This document shows positions 49,101 to 59,637 of a DNA stretch of 64,000 bases, piece by piece. The notes beneath the pieces were generated by a model. That model was not told the origin of the DNA, ran no database searches, and saw only the letters and a program-made list of their open reading frames with translations. Origin of the DNA: Patescibacteria group bacterium. GTDB taxonomy: Bacteria > Patescibacteriota > Patescibacteriia > UBA9934 > GWF2-40-263. Position 1 is the stretch's first letter; each line of letters begins with the position of its first letter. A program made the position numbers and the translations under genes. The stretch covers positions 143,456-207,455 of the forward strand of contig SCUM01000001.1 of the NCBI GenBank assembly GCA_004297215.1. Reading direction: 5' to 3'.

Positions 49101-49868
49101 TCATGAGCCTCCGTGATGCGGATGGCGCTGATGTTCGTAGACGTCGGTATCCTGGCCGAACAGCTCGCCGACGTTCTTGCGCGTGAGGACCTCTTTCGGG
49201 GGACCGGCGCACAGCAGCCGCCGGTTGAGGCACAGGACGTCGTCGACGATGCGGGCGATCACGGAGATATCGTGGCTCACGATGAGCACCGTCGTCTTGT
49301 GCTCCTTGTTCAGGTGCCGGATCACGTCGTAGAACGCCGATTCGCCGGCCGCGTCGACCCCGGTGGACGGCTCATCGAGGATGAGCAGTGGCGGGTTGTT
49401 GAGGATCGCCTGGGCGATGAGCACGCGCTGGAGCTGCCCGCCGGAAAGCGAGCCCAGACGCGCGTCGAGGACGGAGAACGGGAGCCCGACGTCCGCGATC
49501 GCCTGGTCCGCCGAGCAGCTCGTACAGGCGGGCTGGCGGGAGAGCGCCATGAATTCGCGCACGGTGATCGGAAATTCGATGTCGAACGCGAAGCGCTGGG
49601 GGACATATCCGATATCCCCGTGCATGTCATGGGGATGGCGGCCGAAGACGGCGATGGACCCCTTGGTAACGGGCTGCAACCCGAGGATGGCGCGCAGCAT
49701 CGTGGTCTTTCCGGAGCCGTTGGGGCCGATGAGCGCCGTGATGACGCCTTCGCGCACCTCGAAGGAGACGTCTTCCACGGCAGGGGTGCTCCCGAAGGAT
49801 ATACTCACGCGTTCCGCCTTGATGGCCGGCACGTGCCTATGCGAGCGGCTGTGCGAGTGGATGGACAT
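49101..49868 (-). CDS. znuC: Zn/Mn ABC transporter ATPase
   Basis: GPNGSGKT, IGYVPQ, LSGGQ, VSHD; His-rich termini. Confidence 0.92.
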   Translation of the reverse strand: MSIHSHSRSHRHVPAIKAERVSISFGSTPAVEDVSFEVREGVITALIGPNGSGKTTMLRAILGLQPVTKGSIAVFGRHPHDMHGDIGYVPQRFAFDIEFPITVREFMALSRQPACTSCSADQAIADVGLPFSVLDARLGSLSGGQLQRVLIAQAILNNPPLLILDEPSTGVDAAGESAFYDVIRHLNKEHKTTVLIVSHDISVIARIVDDVLCLNRRLLCAGPPKEVLTRKNVGELFGQDTDVYEHQRHPHHGGS

Positions 49869-49946
49869 AGTCCGGTCCATTATCGGCAAACATCCGCCTC
49901 TGGTCAATCTTCCGCGTCCCGCTGGCGGATGCTATCATCAACGCCC

Positions 49947-51065
49947 ATGAGGCGCCTTCCCGTCATCTTCCTGCTTTGCCTGTCCTGTATCGCCCTCTCG
50001 CGCGCCGTCTTGGCGCAGCAGGACGGCACGCCGCCGGAAAGCCGCGACACGCAAGCCACGGTCACGCGGATCCTCGACGACAAGGTCGTGGACGGCAACC
50101 GTCAGATGAGATTCGAGGCGCAGGACGCCGGCGGGGCGTCGTACGAGGTTGACACCTCCTCGTCGTACACCGAAGGGCTTCGCTACGACGTCCGACCCGG
50201 CGACCGCGTGTTGCTGGTGCTGCTCCCCAACGAGGGAGGCGGATACGACGCCCAGCTTGCCGACGTGATACGGACGCGCGGCCTCCTGATGATCGTGGCG
50301 CTTTTCGCGCTGCTGACCGTGGCCGTGGGGCTCATGCGCGGATTCACGTCCCTCGTGGGCCTGGCGGTCACCATCGGCATCCTGTTCGGCCTCGTGCTCC
50401 CGCGCATCCTCTCCGGCGGCGACCCGGTCCTTACCACGGCGCTCGGCGGGGCGGGGATCCTCGCCGTCAACATGCATCTCTCGCACGGGTTCAGCCGCCG
50501 CACGTTCGTCGCCTTCCTCTCGACCGTCCTCTCGCTCGGCTTGGCCGTGGTCTTTGCCCGCCTGTTCACGGCCTGGGGACGGCTTTCCGGGATGGGATCC
50601 GAGGAGGCGGCATTCTTATCCTGGCAGATGGGCGCGGGGTGGGACGCGCATGGGATCCTCCTTGCCGGCATGATCCTCGGCGCCGTCGGGGTCCTCGACG
50701 ACATCGCCGTCACCCAGACGGAGGCGGTGGCCGAAATCGCGCAGGCGAATCCGTCGCTTTCGCCGCGCGAGCTGTACGTGCGCGCGATGCGCGTCGGCCG
50801 TCATCACATCGCCTCCACCGTGAACACCCTCGTGCTCGCGTATGCGGGCGCTTCGCTGCCGCTCCTGCTCCTGTTCCTCAATTCTTCCGTGAGCTACTCG
50901 CTGTTCGCCAATACCGAAGTCGTGGCCGAACAGGTGGTCCAGACGCTGGCCGGCACCGCGGCCTTGGTCCTTTCCGTCCCGATTTCGACCTTCCTCGCGA
51001 GCCGTCTTGCGGCCTCAAATGACGGTGTGCATAAGGAACTTGACGGCCACCGCCACGCCGGGTAG
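49947..51065 (+). CDS. YibE/F family membrane protein
   Basis: GAVGVLDD..VTQ, GRHHIASTVNTLVLAYAG. Confidence 0.9.
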   Translation: MRRLPVIFLLCLSCIALSRAVLAQQDGTPPESRDTQATVTRILDDKVVDGNRQMRFEAQDAGGASYEVDTSSSYTEGLRYDVRPGDRVLLVLLPNEGGGYDAQLADVIRTRGLLMIVALFALLTVAVGLMRGFTSLVGLAVTIGILFGLVLPRILSGGDPVLTTALGGAGILAVNMHLSHGFSRRTFVAFLSTVLSLGLAVVFARLFTAWGRLSGMGSEEAAFLSWQMGAGWDAHGILLAGMILGAVGVLDDIAVTQTEAVAEIAQANPSLSPRELYVRAMRVGRHHIASTVNTLVLAYAGASLPLLLLFLNSSVSYSLFANTEVVAEQVVQTLAGTAALVLSVPISTFLASRLAASNDGVHKELDGHRHAG

Positions 51066-51136
51066 TCTTTTCCCAGACAGAGAAAGACCAATGGCTCGTG
51101 GCCGATTTTCGGCCGCGAGTTGTTTTCACCCCACCT

Positions 51137-51589
51137 ATGCCCACCTACCTCTCCAAGGAAAAACTGAAGGAAATGGAAACCGAGCTCGAAACGCGTCGGA
51201 TGGTCACGCGTAAGGAGATCGCCTCCCGGTTGGAAGCGGCCAAGGAGCTTGGCGACCTGTCCGAGAATTTCGAATACCATGAGGCAAAGGACCAGCAGGC
51301 GCTCAACGAGACGCGCATCGTGGACCTTGAGGGAATGGTCAAGGACGCCGTGCTAGTGGAGCAGAAGTCCGGCGGAGAAATCGAGCTCGGATCCAGGTTC
51401 GTGGCGGAAGTCGCCGGCAAGGGCCGGGAATTCGAGATCGTCGGCAGCAACGAGGCCGATCCCATGGCCGGGAAGATCAGCAACGAATCGCCGCTCGGCC
51501 AGGCATTCATCGGGCGCGGGGCGGGGGAGGAGGTCGAGGTCGCGGTCCCGTCCGGCACCATCTCGTATCGCATCGTCGACGTCCGTTGA
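51137..51589 (+). CDS. greA: Transcription elongation factor GreA
   Basis: GDLSENFEY, ISNESPLG; upstream of lysS. Confidence 0.95.
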   Translation: MPTYLSKEKLKEMETELETRRMVTRKEIASRLEAAKELGDLSENFEYHEAKDQQALNETRIVDLEGMVKDAVLVEQKSGGEIELGSRFVAEVAGKGREFEIVGSNEADPMAGKISNESPLGQAFIGRGAGEEVEVAVPSGTISYRIVDVR

Positions 51590-51651
51590 TTCGCGTTGAC
51601 AACGCAAGGCGTGAACGATAAAATACGGCGAGATTGAGCCGTATTTTCCGT

Positions 51652-53118
51652 ATGATCGAAGAAGAAGCCGTCCGGCGCGAACGCCTCAAGGTCCTGCGTG
51701 AGGCGGGCGAGGATCCCTATCCGCCCCGCGTCACGCGCACGCATGAGATCGCCTCCTATCTCGCGCGATTCGCGTCGTTCGAGGCGTCTCGTGAACGCGT
51801 CACGCTGGTCGGCCGCATGAAGACCATCCGCAAGCATGGCGGACTCACGTTCGCGCAGCTGGAAGACGGCAGCGGCATCGTGCAGGTGGCGCTGCGCCGC
51901 GACGTGGTCGGGGAAGCGCGCTACGCGTTTTTCCACCAGGTGGCCGACATGGGGGATTTCCTCGAAGCTGCCGGGACGGCATTCGTCACGAGGAAGGGGG
52001 AGAAGTCGCTCGACGTGACCGCCTGGCGCATCATCAGCAAGAGCCTCCTGCCCATGCCGGAAAAATGGCACGGGCTTTCCGACGTCGAGATCCGCTATCG
52101 CAAGCGATACCTCGACCTCATCGCCAATCCGCACGTCCGATCGATCTTCAAGACCCGCGCCACCGTCGTGAAGGCGATGCGCGACTATCTGGACCGACAC
52201 GGGTTCCTCGAAGTGGAGACGCCGGTTCTTCAGGCGGTCCCGGGCGGAGCCGCGGCGCGGCCGTTCGTCACGCACCACCACGCGCTTGACATCGACATGT
52301 ACCTGCGCATCGCGCCGGAGCTCTATCTCAAGCGGCTCGTCACGGGCGGGTACGAACGCGTGTACGAGGTCGCCCGCTGCTTTCGGAACGAGGGGATCGA
52401 CCACGCCCACAATCCCGAGTTCACCCAGATCGAGGCGTACGCGGCGTACATGGATTACGTGGAACTCATGGCGTTCGTGGAAGGGATGGTGTTCGACGTC
52501 GTGAAGGCGTGCGGATTGGATCCGGCTGCCGTCCCGTTCCAAGGGAACGTCCTTGACTTCACTCCGCCCTGGCCGCGCCTCACCTTCCGCGACGCGCTCC
52601 GGCAATTCGCGGACCTCGACATCGAGGCGTTTCCCACGCGCGAGGCGATCGCCAAGGAGGCGCTGCGCCTTGGCGTGCCGGTCGCGACCGCCGACGGCCA
52701 CGCCACCATCATCGACAACGTCTACAAGCACCATGTGCGCACCAAGATCGTCCAGCCGACGTTCCTGATCGATTATCCGGTCGAGATCTCGCCGCTGGCC
52801 AAACGCAAGCCCGAGGATCCGCGATACGTGGAGATGTTCCAGCTTGTCTACGGCCCGGGCGTGGAGAACGTGAAGGCGTTCACTGAGCTCAACGACCCGC
52901 TCGACCAGGAGGAGCGGTTCCGGCAGCAGGACGAGGCGCGCGCGAAGGGTGACGCCGAGGCCCAGCACGGGGACAGCGATTTCGTGGAGGCGCTCAAGCA
53001 CGGCATGCCGCCGACGGCCGGATTCGGCATCGGGATCGACCGCCTCACGGCGACCCTCGCCGACGCGCACGCCCTGAAGGAGGTAATCCTGTTCCCGACC
53101 ATGCGGCCGGAGCATTGA
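51652..53118 (+). CDS. lysS: Lysine--tRNA ligase (class II)
   Basis: YRKRYLDL, GGAAARPF, LRIAPELYLK, FRNEG, GIGIDR. Confidence 0.97.
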   Translation: MIEEEAVRRERLKVLREAGEDPYPPRVTRTHEIASYLARFASFEASRERVTLVGRMKTIRKHGGLTFAQLEDGSGIVQVALRRDVVGEARYAFFHQVADMGDFLEAAGTAFVTRKGEKSLDVTAWRIISKSLLPMPEKWHGLSDVEIRYRKRYLDLIANPHVRSIFKTRATVVKAMRDYLDRHGFLEVETPVLQAVPGGAAARPFVTHHHALDIDMYLRIAPELYLKRLVTGGYERVYEVARCFRNEGIDHAHNPEFTQIEAYAAYMDYVELMAFVEGMVFDVVKACGLDPAAVPFQGNVLDFTPPWPRLTFRDALRQFADLDIEAFPTREAIAKEALRLGVPVATADGHATIIDNVYKHHVRTKIVQPTFLIDYPVEISPLAKRKPEDPRYVEMFQLVYGPGVENVKAFTELNDPLDQEERFRQQDEARAKGDAEAQHGDSDFVEALKHGMPPTAGFGIGIDRLTATLADAHALKEVILFPTMRPEH

Positions 53119-53124
53119 CCGCCT

Positions 53125-53982
53125 ATGCGCAGCCGGAGGATCAGGTTGTCCGACCGCCTGTCTCGCGACCGTTTCCGGTCGCGACGGTTCGAGAACCCGT
53201 ATTTCCGGCGCACGAAACGGGGAGACCGAAAGGGATGGCTGGTCGGCCTCTGCGTCCTCCTGGCCGTCATGGGCATCCTCGGCGCCGCCGGATACGTGTT
53301 CGCCTCGTCACGGTTCGATATCGGTGACGTTTCCGTCGAAGGATGCAGGACGATCCCGACGGACGCCGTCTCGGCCATCGTGCGGTCGCACATGGATGAG
53401 CGGGTGCTGCTCGTGCTGCACCGGCGTAACCGGTTCCTGTTCGATCCGGCCGTCGTCCGGACCGACATCCAGGCGGCGTTCGACCTGGCATCCCTCGAGA
53501 TCTCGAGGGATGGGGGCCACGTGACGGTCCGGCTCGAGGAAAAGGTGTCCCGGCTCGTCTGGAAAAGCGCGGATGCCCGTTTCCTCGTGGATCGCCAAGG
53601 GACCGTGATCCGCCCGATTGCCGACGGGGAAGACCCATCCGCCGGAGCGGACCGGCCGCTGCCGATGCTCCTGGACGTGAACCGGGGCGCGGCGACCGTC
53701 GGGACGGCCGTGCTGACCCCAGACGAGGTGGACGGGATTTTCGCGTTCCACGAGCAACTCACGCGGTCCGGCATCCTGTTTGGCACCACGCGCGTGGACC
53801 GCCTGGCGGGGAAGTGGGTGAGCGTGGACACCGCGGACGGGTACGGGATCCTGTTCGACCCGCTTTCGGACATCCAGGCGCAGACGGACAACCTCAACGC
53901 GGTCCTGCGCGACCAGGTGAAGGATCCGTCAAAGCTCCAATACATCGACCTGCGATTCGAAGATCACGTCTACTTTAAGTGA
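53125..53982 (+). CDS. ftsQ: FtsQ/DivIB family protein
   Basis: Basic N-terminus, single TM, POTRA-like region, C-terminal YIDLRF. Confidence 0.8.
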   Translation: MRSRRIRLSDRLSRDRFRSRRFENPYFRRTKRGDRKGWLVGLCVLLAVMGILGAAGYVFASSRFDIGDVSVEGCRTIPTDAVSAIVRSHMDERVLLVLHRRNRFLFDPAVVRTDIQAAFDLASLEISRDGGHVTVRLEEKVSRLVWKSADARFLVDRQGTVIRPIADGEDPSAGADRPLPMLLDVNRGAATVGTAVLTPDEVDGIFAFHEQLTRSGILFGTTRVDRLAGKWVSVDTADGYGILFDPLSDIQAQTDNLNAVLRDQVKDPSKLQYIDLRFEDHVYFK

Positions 53983-53983
53983 T

Positions 53984-55279
53984 ATGGACTACCTTCGATA
54001 CGACGATGGCAACATGTTCTCTTCCGCCAGCGGGGAAGGAGGGGTGCGAACGCACGAGGTGGGCGAACTGCACGATCGGCTTATGGCCGCGCACGCGAGG
54101 CTCGAGGGCCTGCGACGCGACGCGACGCAGGGGTTCATGGACCTGCCGGGCGCCACCGACGGCCTACGGGCGTCGCAAGAGGCGGCGCATCGCGTGACGC
54201 GCGACTTCTCCTGCCTGCTCGTGATCGGCATCGGCGGATCCGACCTCGGCGGGCGCACGCTGGTGCAGGCGCTGGGCGATCGGGAGAAGGGCGTCCCGGT
54301 CAAATTCCTCGCCTCGCCGGATCCTGACGCCGTCGCCCCGATCCTCGACGATCCGGATTTTCTCCGAGACGCCGCCATAAGCGTCGTGTCCAAGTCCGGC
54401 TCCACGCTTGAGACCGCAGCCGTCTTCTTCGCCGTGCGCGACGCGCTCATCCGCGCCGTGGGCGAAAAAAACCACGCTCGGCACGTCTTCGTGACGACGG
54501 ACCCCACGGACGGTCCGCTGCATCGCCTCGCGAAGGAACGAGGATATGGAATCCTCCCGCACCCGCTCAACGTCGGGGGACGGTTCTCCCTGTTCTCCCC
54601 GGTCGGACTGTTTCCGGCCCTGTGCGCCGGAGCGGACGGCAACGGCGTGCTGGAGGGCGCCCGCTGGCTCGAGGATCATCGGCGCGAGAAGGGGCCGGAT
54701 TCGATGCCGGCGCGGTTCGCGGCGCTGCAGTATCTCGCCATGACCGCAAGGTCGCAGCCGATTCACGTGCTCATGCCGTATGCGGCCCGCCTCCAGGCGT
54801 TCGCCTCATGGTACAGGCAGCTGTGGGCGGAATCCCTCGGCAAGCGCAAGGGGAACCGCGGCGTCGGTCCCACCCCGGTCGCTGCCCAGGGACCGGTCGA
54901 CCAGCATTCCCAGGTCCAGCTGTATGCAGAGGGGCCCAGGGACAAGACGGTCACGTTCATCGAGACGGGACGGTTCCGCCGCGACGTGCGCGTGCCGGCG
55001 GATCTCCCGGACCCCTTCGGCTACCTTTCGGGAAAACCCTTCGACGAATTGCTGAGAGCAGAGCGTGGAGGGACGGCCGAGTCACTCGCGCACGCCGGAC
55101 GGCCGAACGGGACCTTGCACATCCCGTCGATAGAGGCAGGTCCGGTCGGAGCCCTCGCCCAGTTCTTCATGACCGCGACGGCCTATATGGGCGAACTGAT
55201 GGGCGTGGACGCGTATGACCAGCCGGGCGTAGAAGCGGGCAAGATGGCCGCACGTCACATCATCGAAGGGATCCTATGA
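53984..55279 (+). CDS. pgi: Glucose-6-phosphate isomerase
   Basis: GIGGS, SKSG, GGRFS, QLWAESLGK, DQPGVEAGK. Confidence 0.94.
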   Translation: MDYLRYDDGNMFSSASGEGGVRTHEVGELHDRLMAAHARLEGLRRDATQGFMDLPGATDGLRASQEAAHRVTRDFSCLLVIGIGGSDLGGRTLVQALGDREKGVPVKFLASPDPDAVAPILDDPDFLRDAAISVVSKSGSTLETAAVFFAVRDALIRAVGEKNHARHVFVTTDPTDGPLHRLAKERGYGILPHPLNVGGRFSLFSPVGLFPALCAGADGNGVLEGARWLEDHRREKGPDSMPARFAALQYLAMTARSQPIHVLMPYAARLQAFASWYRQLWAESLGKRKGNRGVGPTPVAAQGPVDQHSQVQLYAEGPRDKTVTFIETGRFRRDVRVPADLPDPFGYLSGKPFDELLRAERGGTAESLAHAGRPNGTLHIPSIEAGPVGALAQFFMTATAYMGELMGVDAYDQPGVEAGKMAARHIIEGIL

Positions 55280-55692
55280 GATTGACCGTCTTTCGCTCCG
55301 CGGCCGTGATGGCAGGCGTATTCCTGATCCACTTGCTCCTTTCCAGGGCATTTGACATGTACGATCGATTTCCGAATTTCGACATCCCCATGCATTTCAT
55401 CGGCGGATTCGTGGCCGGCATGGTTGGAATCGCCCTGCACGTCAGGCTCTCGGGAAGGGGACACGCGCGAAACGCGTCCTATCCCGTGGCGTACCACGCG
55501 CTGTTCGTCCTTGGCATCGTGATGGCGATCGCCGTCGGTTGGGAATTCCACGAGTTCGTCCTTGACTGGTACAACCGTGAAGACGTCAGTTGGCGCCTGA
55601 CGCAGCCGTCAATCGCCGATACGATGCTCGACCTGCTGATGGGCGCCATCGGGGGACTCATGAGCGTCCTCGCGTTCAGGAAACAACTATAG
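55276..55692 (+). CDS. Membrane protein (VanZ/DUF2238-like)
   Basis: FDIPMHFIGG, WEFHEF, DTMLDLLMG. Confidence 0.75.
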   Translation: MRLTVFRSAAVMAGVFLIHLLLSRAFDMYDRFPNFDIPMHFIGGFVAGMVGIALHVRLSGRGHARNASYPVAYHALFVLGIVMAIAVGWEFHEFVLDWYNREDVSWRLTQPSIADTMLDLLMGAIGGLMSVLAFRKQL

Positions 55693-55763
55693 CGGAGAAC
55701 GGCGGGTTCAGAATCCCTAATGCGTCGTATAAGATATATTGTACGACACATCATCCCTTCCGA

Positions 55764-55979
55764 TCAAAGGGCGGCCAGCAGACTCGTCCCGTACGCAAGC
55801 GCCAGCATCCCTGCCCCGATGAGGAAGACGGAACTGAACACGAACACGAGGACTTGGACCAAGGAATCCTCTTTCGCGACCCCGATGAACATGGTCGCGC
55901 TGATGAACAGGAACAGTCCCAACGGCACGGCGACGAAGAGCCAGCCGACGATTTTCACGATCAAACTGATGGATGGCAT
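55764..55979 (-). CDS. Small two-TM protein
   Basis: 71-aa hydrophobic ORF with TTATG start. Confidence 0.55.
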   Translation of the reverse strand: MPSISLIVKIVGWLFVAVPLGLFLFISATMFIGVAKEDSLVQVLVFVFSSVFLIGAGMLALAYGTSLLAAL

Positions 55980-56028
55980 AACGCCACATTCAAATCGTAA
56001 GGAGGCTTCGTTGTCAAGACGCCCTTCC

Positions 56029-57297
56029 CTACGGTTTCGAGATCATGAAAGGCATCGGGTCCACGGGAATTCCCCCCTTACGGACTTCGAAATGCAGGTG
56101 CGGGCCAGTGGACAGCCCGGCTCCTGACGTCCCCGGCATCCCTCCGGACAGGCCGATCGTCTCTCCGCGAGCCACGAATTGGTCCGCCTTCACCTTCACC
56201 TTGGAAAGGTGGGCGTACAGCGTTGCCAGGCCGTTCCTGTGGATGACCATCACGTAGTTGCCGTACATGCTCCCCACGCGCGTCCAGGCCACATAGCCGG
56301 GAGAAGCGGCCCCGACGGGGGTCCCCTGGGGCTGCGGGATGTCCAGGCCGGAGTGCTCGAATAAACGTCGGAACGGATAGGTCGGGTCATGGAACAGCGT
56401 GGAAATGCCCCGATACCCCGCATCGACGGGCCAGGACATCACGGAACTGTCCCCGACGATATCGGTCGCATCGAGCTTTTCCTGGATATCGCCCTGCAAG
56501 GCGGCGATCTGCTGGGCCACGTACGCCTCTTCCTCGCGCAGGCTTGCGACGATGGCGCGGAATTGCGCTTCCGAGGCCTGGCTTTCGGCCAACAAAGATT
56601 CTTTCGCCCCTTTTTCGAGCTCGAGCTGCCTTCGATTGGCAAGCAGCGTCTCTTGGATCGACGCGAGCCGGGCCCTCTTCCCCTCTTGATCCGTCCGGGC
56701 GACCAGGAGCTGGTCCCGTTCGGCGCGGGCGCGCTCCAGGGCGGAAGCGAGCTCCTCATTCACGTCCGCGAGCTGCTGCAGCCGGTCGAACAGGTCGGCG
56801 ACCGACTCGCTCGAAAAGAGCGCCTGCAGCAACACGTCCCCGTCGGACGAATCCATGGAACGGATCAGTTCGGCCATCAGGAGCTTTTGGCGCTCCAGCT
56901 GGGATTCGTGCGCCCTGACCTGCTTGTCGAGGACCTGCACCTGCGCCGCGACCAGGTCCAGCTCGACCATGTTCCCCTCGATATCGAGTTCGGTCTTCGC
57001 CGCCCGATTCTCAAGAAGGCCGATCTGGTCGTCCAGGCTGGCGGCTTCCGACTCCTTCTTGGCGATTTCCGCCTTATACGCGCTGATCCTGTCGTGCAGG
57101 CCGTCGACGGACGCCTGTTTGTCCTTGATTTGCCCGTTCAGTTGGTTGATTTCGGCCGCGACCGTCGGATCGTCTACCGTGGACGTCTCAAACGTCGCCG
57201 ACCGACCGGTTCCGATACGCAAACACGCGGCGAACGCGAGCGCCGCGAAGACGGATAATCCCGTGAGCTTGATGGAATCCCTCCTGTGACCTGTCAT
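56029..57297 (-). CDS. Coiled-coil M23 peptidoglycan endopeptidase (EnvC-like architecture)
   Basis: Long coiled coil, then HSGLD, YAHL, STGPHLHFEVR. Confidence 0.92.
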   Translation of the reverse strand: MTGHRRDSIKLTGLSVFAALAFAACLRIGTGRSATFETSTVDDPTVAAEINQLNGQIKDKQASVDGLHDRISAYKAEIAKKESEAASLDDQIGLLENRAAKTELDIEGNMVELDLVAAQVQVLDKQVRAHESQLERQKLLMAELIRSMDSSDGDVLLQALFSSESVADLFDRLQQLADVNEELASALERARAERDQLLVARTDQEGKRARLASIQETLLANRRQLELEKGAKESLLAESQASEAQFRAIVASLREEEAYVAQQIAALQGDIQEKLDATDIVGDSSVMSWPVDAGYRGISTLFHDPTYPFRRLFEHSGLDIPQPQGTPVGAASPGYVAWTRVGSMYGNYVMVIHRNGLATLYAHLSKVKVKADQFVARGETIGLSGGMPGTSGAGLSTGPHLHFEVRKGGIPVDPMPFMISKP

Positions 57298-58769
57298 GCG
57301 GAAAGTAGGTCAATGGCTTTTTTCAGACGCTGGAGCGTTTCCGCCTTCCCAAGCACCCAGGCGTACTCAAACGGGCTTGGCGACGCGCTGCGGCCGCTCA
57401 GGGCCACGCGCATGGGCCAGAGCATGTTGCCGTTCGACAATCCTTTATCCGCAATATACCGCTTTACGGCCGTTTCTATCAACGCGACGGAAGAGAACTC
57501 GGATTCGGGAAGCGATTCGATGAGCGTTCGCGCCGCGGTCAGGTTTATCAAAGCGTCGGCCTGATCCGCCTTCTTCCAGACGAGCATTCCCGGGTCATAC
57601 GCCGGAAGCTTCGCAAAAGATTCGACGGCGTCGACAATCCCGGCGAGCGTCACGAGTCGATTACGCTCGACCGCGCAGATCTTGAGGAGGGTGTTCGCAT
57701 CAGTCCCCTTCCCTGCGGCGATCAGGAAAGGCAGGCAAAGCGCCATGAGTTCCTCCGGCGACTTGCGACGGATGTATTGGCCATTCATCCAGTCCAGCTT
57801 TTCGGGATTGAAGACGCCTCCTGACGAATTGACCTTCTCCAGTTCAAACCCCGCCTTGAGTTCCTCGATTGAATACAATTCTTGTTCGCCGCTCGGGTTG
57901 AACCCGATGAGCGCCACAAAATTCAGGAGCGCTTGCGGCAAATAACCCTTCGCAAGATAGTCCTCGACCGCGACGTCGCCCTGTCGCTTTGAAAGTTTTG
58001 ATCGGTCAGCGTTCAGGATGAGCGGGAGATGCGCGAACGTCGGCACTGTCCAGCCGAACGCCTTGTAAAGCATCACATGCTTGGGCACGCTTGAAATCCA
58101 TTCCTCGCCACGGATCACATGCGTGACGCCCATCATGTGGTCATCCACGACGTTGGCGAGATGATACGTGGGAAATCCGTCGCTCTTCACGAGCACTTGG
58201 TCGTCCACTTCCCTGTTATCGATCTCGATACGGCCGCGGATGGCATCGTCGATGACTGTCGTCCCTTCGGGGATTTTCAGACGGATCACGAACGGTTCGC
58301 TTGCAGACATCTTTTGCTCAACCTCTTCCTTCGACAGGGAGAGGCAATGCCGATCGTACTTCGTGGTGAGTTTTGCGAGCTCCTGCTGCTTGCGTAGCGA
58401 ATCCAGACGGTCCTTCGAGCAAAAGCAGCGGTAGGCGACCCCCTTTTCGACCAGGATCCGGGCATGGTCATCGTGAATCGCCTTGCGCTCGCTCTGGATA
58501 TACGGCCCGTTTTGTCCCTTCTCGACCACCTTCCCGGACGCATCGAGTACCGGACCTTCGTCATAATCCAATCCTACGGCGGCCATCGTCTTGATAAGGG
58601 CCTCGACCGCGCCAGGAACAAGGCGTTCGCGGTCCGTGTCTTCGATGCGCAGGACGAACTTCCCGCCATGTTTGCGGGCAAACAGCCAGTTATAGAGCGC
58701 CGTGCGCAAGCCGCCGACATGCAGGTAGCCGGTGGGCGACGGCGGAAAGCGGGTGACGATGATCGGCAT
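57294..58769 (-). CDS. gltX: Glutamate--tRNA ligase
   Basis: RFPPSPTG.LHVG, RIEDTD, KLSKR. Confidence 0.97.
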   Translation of the reverse strand: MPIIVTRFPPSPTGYLHVGGLRTALYNWLFARKHGGKFVLRIEDTDRERLVPGAVEALIKTMAAVGLDYDEGPVLDASGKVVEKGQNGPYIQSERKAIHDDHARILVEKGVAYRCFCSKDRLDSLRKQQELAKLTTKYDRHCLSLSKEEVEQKMSASEPFVIRLKIPEGTTVIDDAIRGRIEIDNREVDDQVLVKSDGFPTYHLANVVDDHMMGVTHVIRGEEWISSVPKHVMLYKAFGWTVPTFAHLPLILNADRSKLSKRQGDVAVEDYLAKGYLPQALLNFVALIGFNPSGEQELYSIEELKAGFELEKVNSSGGVFNPEKLDWMNGQYIRRKSPEELMALCLPFLIAAGKGTDANTLLKICAVERNRLVTLAGIVDAVESFAKLPAYDPGMLVWKKADQADALINLTAARTLIESLPESEFSSVALIETAVKRYIADKGLSNGNMLWPMRVALSGRSASPSPFEYAWVLGKAETLQRLKKAIDLLSA

Positions 58770-58808
58770 AGGCGGACAAGGCGTTCAGGCATTGACAGGC
58801 CTCGAGGC

Positions 58809-59582
58809 CTAGGGGCCTGAGGGCCTTTCACGCCAGAGAATCCTATCCCAAATCACGAGGACCGGGAAGACGACGACGGCACGCAAAATCCGACCGATCC
58901 GACGCGGTTCCTGGATGAGCCGCCATGCCCATTCCATGCCCAGGCGACGCATCCAGGCCGGAGCTCGTCGGATGCGTCCTGAAAGGAACGCGAACGTGCC
59001 GCCGACTCCGATCGCGACTCGGACGGAGGGCAGCTTCGACAGGTGATCCGCAATCCATCGCTCTTGCTTCCCGTGGCCGAACGCCACGGCGAGGACGGCA
59101 GGCGCGAATGCCTGCACCCGTTCGACGAGATCAGCCGGTTGTCGCCAGGCCCCGTCCGCATCCCGGATGACCTGTCCGGGGTCGAGGGATATGACATCTG
59201 CGCCAGGAAACCGTCGAAGGGCCGCCTGGGCCGCGCGTTCACCCTCTTGAGGACCGCCCCCGAGGAACACCACTTTGAGCCGGCGCTCCGATGCGGCCGA
59301 CAATAGGGCCTCAAGCGCGTCCACGCCGGTCATCCGGGTCACGGAGTGACCCAGAAGCCAGGAGGCCGCCCACTGCACCCCTGCCCCATCGGCAAGGATG
59401 ATCGCGGAGCGGCTGATAAGGTCGCCTAGTGACCGTTCGGTCCGCGCCGCAAGCGCCATTTCCGGGTTGAGCGTCACCGCCTGCGATGGGTGGTCGCCAT
59501 CAAGAAGGCGGAGCAAGTCGCCTTTGGGATCCTTGACGGATAGCCGTAAGAGGTCGATGCCGAACCATCTCATGCCCGACAT
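58809..59582 (-). CDS. WecB/TagA/CpsF glycosyltransferase
   Basis: VTLNPE, ADGAG, GKQE.W, IGVGG, RAP.W...G.EW.WRL..EP.R; start uncertain. Confidence 0.9.
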   Translation of the reverse strand: MSGMRWFGIDLLRLSVKDPKGDLLRLLDGDHPSQAVTLNPEMALAARTERSLGDLISRSAIILADGAGVQWAASWLLGHSVTRMTGVDALEALLSAASERRLKVVFLGGGPQEGERAAQAALRRFPGADVISLDPGQVIRDADGAWRQPADLVERVQAFAPAVLAVAFGHGKQERWIADHLSKLPSVRVAIGVGGTFAFLSGRIRRAPAWMRRLGMEWAWRLIQEPRRIGRILRAVVVFPVLVIWDRILWRERPSGP

Positions 59583-59609
59583 CTTACAGGTTCCGATTGA
59601 CAAGGCGAA

Positions 59610-59636
59610 TTAGCACTCTATAATGGTGAGTGCTAA
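59610..59636 (+). promoter_or_regulatory. CIRCE element (HrcA operator) overlapping the clpB promoter
   Basis: Perfect TTAGCACTC-N9-GAGTGCTAA; TTGACA at 59597-59602; TATAAT at 59619-59624 inside the N9 spacer. Confidence 0.95.
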
Positions 59637-59637
59637 T

